64,000 nt of DNA from an uncultured virus (IMG/VR IMGVR_UViG_3300045926_000127) (lineage: Duplodnaviria; Heunggongvirae; Uroviricota; Caudoviricetes). Below the pieces are notes generated by a model. The model searched no databases. It saw nothing but the letters and a program-made list of their open reading frames with translations, and had not been told where the DNA came from. Shown in pieces: positions 1-8,450 of the stretch. The stretch lies in IMG/VR virus record IMGVR_UViG_3300045926_000127; one strand, given 5' to 3'. Within the stretch, counting starts at the first letter, position 1. Every line of letters begins with the position of its first letter. Position numbers and translations under genes: made by a program.

Positions 1-227
1 TTCAGCAGTTCACCGCCGCGCCGGATCGCGCGATCACGTATCCGCTGCGCCTTGTCTTCAAGATCATGATCGTTCGCTTGCTTGGCATAGCTCTTGAGTG
101 CCAGCGCCTTGTCCGCCCAATTCTTGCACTCGTCGATGTTGGCGCACCGCGCGATAGCCTTGCGTGCTTCAAGGTAATTACTAGGCAAAAGCGACTTTAC
201 TTTTTTGACTGGGACATTTCCGTGCAT
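1..227 (-). CDS. Hypothetical phage protein, runs off the left edge (MHGNVPVKKVKSLLPSNYLEARKAIARCANIDECKNWADKALALKSYAKQANDHDLEDKAQRIRDRAIRRGGELL...)
   Basis: Hand translation; GAGGAGGG RBS upstream of ATG at 227; helical N-terminus of a type I associate with phage methylase-module genes. Confidence 0.65.
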   Translation of the reverse strand, partial: MHGNVPVKKVKSLLPSNYLEARKAIARCANIDECKNWADKALALKSYAKQANDHDLEDKAQRIRDRAIRRGGELL

Positions 228-950
228 CTCGGCCCTCCTCTCCTTCGCTTCATGATCGCCGCCCCGCTCGCTGTATCCAAGAACTCGATTCAGAGTCTCT
301 TGAGAGATTCAGAAAGAGAGAGTGTCTTGACCTCTCTTTCTTTGCTTCACTTCGCCGGATTCCTCTTCGCCCCAGCCACACCCCCCTAACCCCCCTCTCC
401 GCCGACACTCGGCGAATCGGGAAGGTCGAGGAGCATGGCCCGCGCTGACCGCGGTCCTGCCGGGCTCACACGAAGCGCGTCGTCCCAGCGGGGAGACCCC
501 TACACCTGACGCTGCCCGCATCCCTTCGCGGCGGCCTTGCGGCCGAAGGAGCGCGCGCCGAAAAGGCGCGAGCGCCTTCACGGGGCTTTATCTCGCCAGC
601 AAGCCTCGCGGCTCCCTGATGGGCGAGTCGTAGACGCATGCCGAGACGAATCGTGCGCTGTCGCCGACGCGACATTGCTCGCTCTTGCAAACGTCATAAT
701 TGGAAATTAGAACAAGCATGCTTCGCCGAGCCTAACCGACGCGAGGCCATACCAGAGGGGATTTTAACCGTCCCGCTCGTGGGGTTTCCAAGCCCGGCAG
801 GAGCGCATCCTTGCCGGGCTTGTTGATTCGAGGCTATCCCCAAATCCAAGACGGATTCAAGCGCCTCGCGATTCGCGCGGATTCTTCGGCACAATTTGCA
901 AGGCTTGCCGCCGCTCGCGGACGGCGTGCGCGCGCTTCATCGAGTCGATC

Positions 951-1394
951 TCAGTCAGCAACGCCGCCAGCGGCGCCGTCGCCTCCGGCCTTGGCACGAG
1001 ATAATCGCGTCGGGGCGGCACGCCGGGCCTTGCCGGGCGCCGGTAGAATCGCGTCGGCATTCTTGCGGGCTCCTCTCTTCGCTTGGCGAATCAGCGCGAG
1101 CAAGTCGTCGGCCCGCATGATCCCCACCCACCCGCCGTTATTGCGGCGGTGAAGCACGAGCGGCATGTCGCGTGCGCCGCCCTCGGCAATTGCTTGCCCG
1201 AGCCACTCATGGAGCGACCCGCGCTCGCAACGCTTGACCTCGATATGAAAGCCGTCGAGCCCGACGACATCCGGCGACTCAATGCCGCCCGCGAATTGCT
1301 GGCCGCGCCGCGCCGCGACGAAGCCATGCGCACGAAGGAGGCGGGCGGCCTCGCGCTCGCCCACCTTACCCTTCGTTCTCGACTTGCCTCCCAT
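951..1394 (-). CDS. Hjc-like Holliday junction resolvase (PD-(D/E)xK)
   Basis: KGKVGEREA...SPDV...HIEVKR motifs. Confidence 0.75.
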   Translation of the reverse strand: MGGKSRTKGKVGEREAARLLRAHGFVAARRGQQFAGGIESPDVVGLDGFHIEVKRCERGSLHEWLGQAIAEGGARDMPLVLHRRNNGGWVGIMRADDLLALIRQAKRGARKNADAILPAPGKARRAAPTRLSRAKAGGDGAAGGVAD

Positions 1395-1942
1395 CAGGAG
1401 TGGAGGACCGGCGGCGCGCCCTCGATCTCGGGCACAGGCGCGGGCGGCTCCGCCTCGGGCGGCGTCGGCGGCTCGGCCGCATGCACGCCGTTGGCCTTTT
1501 GCTTCTTCGCTCGCTTCATGGTGTTCGGCACGAGCGGCTCGGCGCCGTTCATTTCGGCTTCGGCGAACGCTTCGATCTGGCGGTTGGCTCGCTCGTCAAG
1601 TCCGCTGATCTTGCGCATGTGGTCGAAAGCCTTGAGCACGAGCGCGAGCTCACCGTCACTCAACTTAAGCCATGACTTGATGACGCCGAACGCGCGCTTG
1701 TTCAAAAAGTTTCGCTTCACCGCAATGCCGACGGCGTTGCCCATGGAGGCGCGAGCGATGTCCATTTCGCCCTGCCGGTTGCGCACGGTGCGAATGAGTG
1801 TGTCGAAAGTGCTCGATGCAATTTGCTGGTCGGTGATCTTCGACCGCGGTGCTTCTCCGCTCCGCTCGGGCGCGGTCTTGCGGGCCTTCTTCGGCTTGCG
1901 ACTTGGCTTTGCTGCTGGCTTGGACTTGCCCTTCTTCGCCAT
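1394..1942 (-). CDS. Hypothetical basic protein, possibly a GapR/DUF2312-like DNA-binding protein
   Basis: GGAGGGAG RBS, Lys-rich N-terminus, helical core only loosely resembling GapR. Confidence 0.5.
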   Translation of the reverse strand: MAKKGKSKPAAKPSRKPKKARKTAPERSGEAPRSKITDQQIASSTFDTLIRTVRNRQGEMDIARASMGNAVGIAVKRNFLNKRAFGVIKSWLKLSDGELALVLKAFDHMRKISGLDERANRQIEAFAEAEMNGAEPLVPNTMKRAKKQKANGVHAAEPPTPPEAEPPAPVPEIEGAPPVLHS

Positions 1943-2079
1943 GGCTGACTCCCTCCTTTGCGACATCGGAACGAATCATTAACGCAAAGCCAAAGACCTA
2001 GCAATTACAGCGAATCGGCGCGGCGTCGGCATTTCCTCGGTATGGCTACCCGGCGCCGCTTGCGCTATCATGGGGCAAG

Positions 2080-2112
2080 CCGGGAGGGGTCCCGGTGCAA
2101 AGCCAGAAGGAG
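2080..2112 (+). promoter_or_regulatory. Conserved leader hairpin (CCGGGA-GGGG-TCCCGG) followed by CCAGAAGGAG RBS; copy 1 of 5
   Basis: Same motif at 52275, 52656, 52888 and 53576, each upstream of a start codon. Confidence 0.7.
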
Positions 2113-2117
2113 CCAGC

Positions 2118-2258
2118 ATGCCCACCAAGGGACAAGTCTATTTGCCGCCGCGCCGCGAGCGCCGCGCCCTACCGACGCCGCACGATCTCGCGGACTTCGC
2201 GTATGTCGCGGCCTTCATTTGCTCGGTGCTTTTCCTCGTCGCGATAGCCGTGCCATGA
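2118..2258 (+). CDS. Small membrane protein
   Basis: AGAAGGAG RBS, C-terminal hydrophobic helix, ATGA coupling to next ORF. Confidence 0.55.
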   Translation: MPTKGQVYLPPRRERRALPTPHDLADFAYVAAFICSVLFLVAIAVP

Positions 2259-2452
2259 CCTACGTGCGCCTCGTCGTGAACGGGCGCACGGTCGTGCACC
2301 GCGACCTCTCGCCCGCGCAATTGGACGCCGTGACGGCGGCGGTCCATGAGCACCGCGAATACTTCGCCAGCCAAAACGTGTTGCTGATTTTGCGCGAGCA
2401 AGGCAGCAACGTTATCCGCATCGCTCGCAATGCGACCGAGGCGCCAGCATGA
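2255..2452 (+). CDS. Hypothetical protein
   Basis: ATGA overlaps on both sides. Confidence 0.55.
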   Translation: MTYVRLVVNGRTVVHRDLSPAQLDAVTAAVHEHREYFASQNVLLILREQGSNVIRIARNATEAPA

Positions 2453-2919
2453 ACGCGCTGGAAAAATACCTCACGCAGCTTTGCGAGATATGCCAGCCGC
2501 CGATGGTTCCCGTCGACCGGCTGGTTCTTGACTGCGGCGAGAACCACAAGGGCATCGCCCGCCCTTCGCACTTGAGCAAGGCCAAGGATCGGCTTTGCTA
2601 CATGAACGCGACCCACCTCAGTCTCAATAGCGGCATGCCCTATGTCGAAGGCGTGGCGATGTCCTCCGACATTGGCTTTCCGCTTCACCATGCGTGGTGC
2701 CTCGGCCCGAATGGCGAGGCCATTGACGTGACTTGGGACAAACCCGAGCGCTCCCTTTATCGCGGCGTGGTCATTCCTCGCCGCGCTCTCATGCGCTCGA
2801 TCCACAAGCGCGGCGTCTACGGATGCCTCGACTTTGGCTTTGGCGTGAACCTCAGGCTGATCGCCCAACTTCGGCAAGCGCACAGCGCACGCCGAGCAAC
2901 CAACGGAGAAGTGAAATGA
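2449..2919 (+). CDS. Hypothetical protein with transglutaminase/papain-like Cys-His-Asp pattern
   Basis: CYMNA...HHAW...IDVTW motifs. Confidence 0.55.
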   Translation: MNALEKYLTQLCEICQPPMVPVDRLVLDCGENHKGIARPSHLSKAKDRLCYMNATHLSLNSGMPYVEGVAMSSDIGFPLHHAWCLGPNGEAIDVTWDKPERSLYRGVVIPRRALMRSIHKRGVYGCLDFGFGVNLRLIAQLRQAHSARRATNGEVK

Positions 2920-4499
2920 CGACGAAGTCCGAAGCCATGGCGGCTGACGTTGCCGCCCTCATGCGTGCCCGCAACCCTTTGCTGTGGGTCACCACATCGG
3001 AGGAGGCCCGCGTCGAGCGCTATCTCGTCGAGGCCGCCGCTGCCGCTAGCTTTGTCCCGCTGACATGGGACGTGGCTCAAGGGGTTTGCGATCTCGCGGG
3101 CAAGCCCGTGAGCGCGCTCGGCAACATGCAAGACCCCGGCACGCTGATCTCCGCTATCGACTCGCGGGCTCGCGCTCCTTCGCCGCCGCCGCGCGGCGGC
3201 TTCATCATGCGCGATTTGCCGCCATGGCTGACCGGCCCACAGAACGCGATCACAGTGCGCGCGCTCCGCAACCTTGCCCGGCTCTTGCCGGGCGTGCCTA
3301 CGCCTAATGCTCAATGCGTCATTGTGCTTTCGCCGAGCGGCGAGATTCCGCCGGAGCTAGCCGGGCATGTGACGGTGCTCGACTGGCCGCGCCCGGATCG
3401 CACCGAGATCGGCGAAATCCTCGACGCCGCGCTTGAGCCCTACGACGACAAGCAAGTCGAGAAGCCGAGCAATGGGCAGCGCGAGGCTTGCATCGGCGCC
3501 GCTGTCGGCTTGAGCGGCGAGGAGGCGCAAGCGACCTTTGCCCGCTCCATCGTGCAATTGCGCAAGGTCGATCCGCTCCTTGTGAGCGGGGAGAAAAAGC
3601 GGGTCATCGCGCGGGAGAAAATTCTCGAATGGTTCGACCCGCTCGCTGGCGGGCTCGATAGCGTCGGCGGCCTCGATAACCTCAAGGCTTGGCTGCGCGC
3701 CCGCTCCGACGCCTACTCGCCGCAAGCGAAGGCGTATGGCCTCCCGGCTCCGCGCGGCTCGCTCCTCGTCGGCGTGCCCGGCTGCGGCAAAAGCTTGACC
3801 GCCAAGGCGGTGAGCACCGCGTGGGGCATCCCGCTCCTCCGGCTCGACCTCGGCGCGCTCAAGAGCCGCTTTGTCGGCGGCTCGGAGGCGAACCTCCGCC
3901 GGGCCTTCGCCGTCATCGAGGCTATCGGCCGCTGTGTCGTCTGGCTCGACGAGATCGAGAAGTCGCTACAAGGCGCCACCAGCGGGAGTTCGGACGGCGG
4001 CGTTTCGGCCGACGCGCTCGGGCAAATCCTCTCGTGGATGCAAGAGCGCTCGGGCGAGGCTTTCGTTATCGCGACGGCGAACGAGGTCGAAAGCTTGCCG
4101 CCCGAATTGCTGCGCAAGGGTCGCTTCGACGAAATATTCTTCGTCGATCTCCCGAATGTGCGCGAGCGCACCGAGGTTCTCCACGCGGCGCTCCGCGCTC
4201 ATAAGCGCAAGCACTTCGACTGCGCCGAGGTCGCCTACGCCACCGAAGGCTTTACCGGCGCGGAGCTAGCCGCGCTGGTGCCCGACGCTCTCTTCGTCGG
4301 CTTCGCCGATAAGCGCCGGGAGATCAAGGCGGCTGACTTGCTCAATGCCGCCAAGGCGGTCGTGCCCTTGAGCAAGACCGCGCCCGAGAAGATCAAGCGC
4401 ATCCGGGAATGGGGAGCCGCGCGCGCTCGGCCCGCCACTGGCGCGCTGATCGAGGAGGCCGCGCCGCTCCGCGCTCGCGGCCGCAAGGTCGAACTCTGA
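2916..4499 (+). CDS. AAA+ ATPase, Ycf46-like
   Basis: Walker A GVPGCGKS, Walker B VVWLDEIEK, SRH LPPELLRKGRFD, degenerate N-terminal AAA domain; start taken at ATG 2916. Confidence 0.9.
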   Translation: MTTKSEAMAADVAALMRARNPLLWVTTSEEARVERYLVEAAAAASFVPLTWDVAQGVCDLAGKPVSALGNMQDPGTLISAIDSRARAPSPPPRGGFIMRDLPPWLTGPQNAITVRALRNLARLLPGVPTPNAQCVIVLSPSGEIPPELAGHVTVLDWPRPDRTEIGEILDAALEPYDDKQVEKPSNGQREACIGAAVGLSGEEAQATFARSIVQLRKVDPLLVSGEKKRVIAREKILEWFDPLAGGLDSVGGLDNLKAWLRARSDAYSPQAKAYGLPAPRGSLLVGVPGCGKSLTAKAVSTAWGIPLLRLDLGALKSRFVGGSEANLRRAFAVIEAIGRCVVWLDEIEKSLQGATSGSSDGGVSADALGQILSWMQERSGEAFVIATANEVESLPPELLRKGRFDEIFFVDLPNVRERTEVLHAALRAHKRKHFDCAEVAYATEGFTGAELAALVPDALFVGFADKRREIKAADLLNAAKAVVPLSKTAPEKIKRIREWGAARARPATGALIEEAAPLRARGRKVEL

Positions 4500-4564
4500 A
4501 ATAGTTTTACCCAAACCAACGCGGCCGCAAGGTCGAACTCTGAAATAGTTTTACCCAAACCAAC
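4477..4564 (+). repeat. Perfect 44-bp tandem duplication spanning the AAA stop codon
   Basis: GCGGCCGCAAGGTCGAACTCTGAAATAGTTTTACCCAAACCAAC at 4477-4520 and 4521-4564. Confidence 0.95.
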
Positions 4565-4587
4565 CCAAAACCGAAGGAGCCACGACA

Positions 4588-4902
4588 ATGACGAAGGATC
4601 GAACCAACTCGGAACTCTTGAGCATGACGGAGGAGCAAGCCCGCAAGCTGACCGGGCTCGACCGCCAGCGCCGCTACATCTTGCAGCAATTCTCGCTGCC
4701 GAAGCCTTGCCCGAATTGCCACACGCCGGTTGATCGGTTCGTGGCGGCGGGCATCGATATCGACGAAGCCGACATGAGGACCGAGAGCCGCCCGCGCGAT
4801 GACGGCAACACTTGCCCGCATTGCAAGCGCGGGCTGGTGCATGTCCTGCCCATGCTCGGCGGCTGGCACTGGTCGCTGGTCCCCGCTCTCCCCGCGAAAT
4901 AA
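4588..4902 (+). CDS. Small Zn-ribbon protein
   Basis: CPNC and CPHC pairs; AAGGAG RBS. Confidence 0.7.
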   Translation: MTKDRTNSELLSMTEEQARKLTGLDRQRRYILQQFSLPKPCPNCHTPVDRFVAAGIDIDEADMRTESRPRDDGNTCPHCKRGLVHVLPMLGGWHWSLVPALPAK

Positions 4903-4941
4903 TCCGCACCGCAACGCAACTCTCACAGAAGGACTACGAAC

Positions 4942-5823
4942 ATGGCAAAGAAAGCAAAGGCGAAGGCGAAGCCCGCGAAGCATGCGAAGGCCGCCGCCGC
5001 CCCGGCACCAGCGGTGAGCACTAGGTCGCCGCTGCTCTCGACCTCGACGCTCCGGCCCGGCTTGCTGGTCAGTCTCAACACCAGCATCACGGGCAATGTG
5101 AGCTATGTGAAAGAAGTGCTTGAGCCCGAGCGCTTGAACGAGGCGGGCGAGAAGCACAGCAAGTGGACCACCGAGCGCAATATCGCCGACGCCAAGGAGC
5201 ACGAGGAGGCTATCGAGGCGCGCTCGCTGGCGGGCACCGCCATCCGATCGGTCTGCTCGCAGACCGCTTTCGGCTTGCTCTGTCCCGAGATCGACGTCGA
5301 GAAACTCGACGCGGGCATTGCCAAGGCGCACGCCATTATCGACGCCTTCAATGCCAAGGCTCGGATCACTCGCGTCAAGATTTATTGCATCAAAGGCCGC
5401 ATCGCGCCGGATGACGTCGAGGCGGTCCAGTCGATCAATAAAGAAGTCCGCGATCTCATGGAGGCGATGCAAGCGGGCATCGCCAATTGCGACGTGAACG
5501 CCGTGCGCGAGGCCGCCAGCAAGGCGCGCGAAGTCGGCTCGATGTTGAGCATCGACGCCGAGTCGAAGATCAAGGTCGCCATTGAGACGGCGCGCGCCGC
5601 CGCCACCGCGATCAACAAGGCGGGCGAGCAAGCCAGCTTTGAGATCGACAAGGCGGCGATCCGCAAGATCACTGAATGCCGCACGGCCTTCCTTGACTTG
5701 CGAGAGGAGCAAGCGGTCGCGAAGCCGAAGGCGAGCGCCCGCGCGGCTGATCTCGCGCCCGTCGCCGGGCCGCCTATTCCGGCGAAGCCGAAGGCGGCGC
5801 GGCGCGCGGCGGCGGAGCTATAG
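4942..5823 (+). CDS. Hypothetical helical protein in the AAA ATPase cluster
   Basis: 293-aa ORF, AGAAGGA RBS, typical codon usage. Confidence 0.8.
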   Translation: MAKKAKAKAKPAKHAKAAAAPAPAVSTRSPLLSTSTLRPGLLVSLNTSITGNVSYVKEVLEPERLNEAGEKHSKWTTERNIADAKEHEEAIEARSLAGTAIRSVCSQTAFGLLCPEIDVEKLDAGIAKAHAIIDAFNAKARITRVKIYCIKGRIAPDDVEAVQSINKEVRDLMEAMQAGIANCDVNAVREAASKAREVGSMLSIDAESKIKVAIETARAAATAINKAGEQASFEIDKAAIRKITECRTAFLDLREEQAVAKPKASARAADLAPVAGPPIPAKPKAARRAAAEL

Positions 5824-5828
5824 GTGCC

Positions 5829-6185
5829 ATGGTTTGCGACACCAAGCTTCGCACGCTAGCGGGCGGCATGCGGCAAACGATCCAGCAGCGTGCCGCCGAA
5901 GTGCGCCAAGTCGTCGAGCGCGTCCAGCAAGGCTTGCTTGCCGGGCGCGTTCGCATCGTCGTCGGCCAGCAAGGCGGCGTCGCCTTCACTGGTCTTTCCG
6001 AGGAGGAGCGCGCGGGGATCACGGACGGCTGCATATATCGCCGCATGATGATCACGGGCTCGGCTCTGACGCGGGCGGCTATCGCTCGCGCCGAGCAACT
6101 CGCCGGGCGCTCGATCAACCCACAGACTGTAGCGCAAGGCTTGCACAGCCATGACGGCGGCAAGTCTTGGCACGGACACGATTAG
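5829..6185 (+). CDS. Hypothetical protein (C-terminal HSHDGGKSWH)
   Basis: Directly follows previous gene; GGAG upstream. Confidence 0.75.
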   Translation: MVCDTKLRTLAGGMRQTIQQRAAEVRQVVERVQQGLLAGRVRIVVGQQGGVAFTGLSEEERAGITDGCIYRRMMITGSALTRAAIARAEQLAGRSINPQTVAQGLHSHDGGKSWHGHD

Positions 6186-6330
6186 GAATACCCATGACCG
6201 CCATTCTCCGAATCGGCGAGTGTGAGCGTCGATGCCGAAAGGCGGCCTGCGGTGGAGGTCATGGGGCTTCGCTGTCTATTCCCGTTCAAGGCCGTCGCCC
6301 TCACACCCAAATTTTGAAGGAGCCCCGCCA

Positions 6331-6762
6331 ATGCCGCTCGCCGTTCCAGCCTCGCCCGAATTGCAGACCGCCATTCAACGCAAGCCAGCGCACGGCAAGG
6401 CTTGCAACAATTGCGGCGCCTGTTGCCTCGCCACGCTTTGCCCGCTCGGCAAGGCGCTATTCCTCCGCGAGCGCGGCCCATGCCCGGCGCTCCTCCGCGC
6501 TGGCGCCTCCTATCAATGCGGGCTCGCCGCGCATCCGGCGCGCTTTGTGCCCGGCGCCGTCCAGCGCTTCGGCTCGACCATGCTCTCCGAGGCCGCGCGC
6601 TATCTCATCGGCGCGGGCGACGGTTGCGACGCGCGCTTCAATGGCGAGCCGAAGGACGAAGCCTTTGCGCGCGACCTCGACGCGCGCAAGCAAGGCGAGG
6701 AGCGACTGTCGCTGATCGCGCAGATCCTATGGGGCGTGCGGGGACTTGAATGGAAACGCTAG
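6331..6762 (+). CDS. Cys-rich hypothetical protein (possible Zn or Fe-S binding)
   Basis: CNNCGACC...CP...CP...C motif; AAGGAG RBS. Confidence 0.65.
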   Translation: MPLAVPASPELQTAIQRKPAHGKACNNCGACCLATLCPLGKALFLRERGPCPALLRAGASYQCGLAAHPARFVPGAVQRFGSTMLSEAARYLIGAGDGCDARFNGEPKDEAFARDLDARKQGEERLSLIAQILWGVRGLEWKR

Positions 6763-6966
6763 CGCTATGCGGAGCCGACGAGAAGCGCTGCGCGCCGACG
6801 CGGGTGCACCGCGCGATGCGAACGCCCGACGGCGGCATTCTCACCTTGGAGCCCATTGCAGCCTTTTGTGAACGCTGCGGCCGATACCGCCGCAAGAAAT
6901 TGGCGAAGCGCCGCGCGCCAGCGCTCGCCATGTTCAAACCAAACCGGCGCAAGAAGGACAGCTACC

Positions 6967-7851
6967 ATGGCAAGAAAGCTAAAGCCCGAGGCGGGCGATA
7001 CTCACACGGAAGTGCATGAGATCGCCACGAGCATGCTCGGGGTCTACCTCCTCGGCATCACACCGCTGGTGCCGCATGCAATGTCGTTCAAGAGCAAGGG
7101 ACAGTTGCTCTATCCGGCGCCCGCGAAGAATCGAGCGGAGCGGGAGACCTCGCTCAAGCACGATCCGTTCGAGGAATTCCGCGAGGCGGCGTATCGCTTT
7201 CGCGATAAGGACAAGCAGCCGACGCGGCTCTATATGCCCGCCGGTTCTTTCCACGCCGCCATGGCGTCGGCCGCACTCGATATGGTCGGCGTCAAGAAGT
7301 CTCAGATCGGTCGGCTCACCAGCGTGAGCGGCGAGAGGATCGCGGACAAAATCCCGATATTCGGCACGCCGCAAATTTGGTGCGTCTCGGTGCGCTCAAG
7401 CGACATGGCCCGCACGCCGGACATTCGGACGCTTCCGATCCTCCCGCGCTGGTGCTGCTTCATCAACGTGACGCACATCGGCTCGCTGATCTCCGAGCGC
7501 TCGATCATGAACCTCCTCGGCGCCGCCGGAGAGATCGTCGGCGTCGGCGACGGGCGACCGGAGAAAGGCAAGCTTAACAACGGCAAGTTCCGCGTGGTCG
7601 ATGCCAAGCACCCAATGGTGCAGTCGCTCATGAGAAGCGAAGCCACCAAGGCGCAGGACGCCGGGCTCGCCTCGCCGGTCTACTACGACGCCGAGACGGA
7701 AGCCTTGCTTGAGTGGTTCTCGTCCGAGCGGACCAGCCGCCACGCCAAGCAACCGCACGCGCTCAAGGCCAGCAAGTCTCGGGGCACGCCGCGAGGCAAG
7801 CCGCGCGGCAAGGGCAACGGCGCCGAGGCAGGCGAAGGCGCGCACACCTAA
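6967..7851 (+). CDS. Stand-alone RAMP/Cas7-like RNA-binding protein
   Basis: N-terminal VYLLGITPLV strand, LYMPAGSFHAAM (RAMP-like P.sSxKG.helix), C-terminal Gly-rich loop GVGDGRPEKG...GKFRVV; no cas1/cas2 or CRISPR nearby; fold call is by motif only. Confidence 0.7.
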   Translation: MARKLKPEAGDTHTEVHEIATSMLGVYLLGITPLVPHAMSFKSKGQLLYPAPAKNRAERETSLKHDPFEEFREAAYRFRDKDKQPTRLYMPAGSFHAAMASAALDMVGVKKSQIGRLTSVSGERIADKIPIFGTPQIWCVSVRSSDMARTPDIRTLPILPRWCCFINVTHIGSLISERSIMNLLGAAGEIVGVGDGRPEKGKLNNGKFRVVDAKHPMVQSLMRSEATKAQDAGLASPVYYDAETEALLEWFSSERTSRHAKQPHALKASKSRGTPRGKPRGKGNGAEAGEGAHT

Positions 7852-7934
7852 GCCCTCACACAAAATGCTGGCGGCGAGCACCGTGGGGAGCCCGCCGCCA
7901 AGCATTCACTACTCAAACTCCGAAGGAGGTAACG

Positions 7935-8414
7935 ATGTCCACTATGAAGACGAAGGTGAAGGTTTTAAGGCAAATGTTCCGCAACGGCCGGGCGACCGCC
8001 GAGCAATTGGTGCGAGAGGCTTCAAAGAAAAGCCACGAGATGCACGACGACTTCGAGTGGGACGACCGCAAGGCCGGGCACGCTTATCGAGTCGACCAAG
8101 CGCGCAAAATTATCTCGTCGGTCGAGATCATTCTCACCCAGTCGACCAAGGTCATTCGCACCGTTGCCTATGTGCGCGACCCTTCATGCGCTCCGAAGCA
8201 GCAAGGCTATATCTCGGTCGACAAATTAAAGTCGGAGCGAGCGCTCGCTGGTGAGGCGCTCGAAAATGAACTCGACCGAGTCATCGCTTGCTATGAGCGC
8301 GCCAGCGCCTTTGCTGACGCGCTCGATCTCCGCTCGCAATTCGACGCCGTGCTGCTCTCGGCGGTCGATCTCCGCTCGCTGATAAAGCGCAAGCGAAAGG
8401 TCACGCCGGAATAA
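7935..8414 (+). CDS. Conserved phage hypothetical protein between the RAMP-like gene and the array
   Basis: AAGGAGGT RBS; TAEQLV...H.DFEWDD.KA...YRVDQAR.II motif. Confidence 0.8.
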   Translation: MSTMKTKVKVLRQMFRNGRATAEQLVREASKKSHEMHDDFEWDDRKAGHAYRVDQARKIISSVEIILTQSTKVIRTVAYVRDPSCAPKQQGYISVDKLKSERALAGEALENELDRVIACYERASAFADALDLRSQFDAVLLSAVDLRSLIKRKRKVTPE

Positions 8415-8450
8415 GAAGCGAGCGGGCGCGCCTCATGTCTTCGTCGGCAA

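Noticed and set aside
6750..7019. 89-aa ORF upstream of the RAMP-like gene
   Set aside because: May be a real small gene, but it overlaps the RAMP start and has no recognisable motif, so it is not listed as a feature
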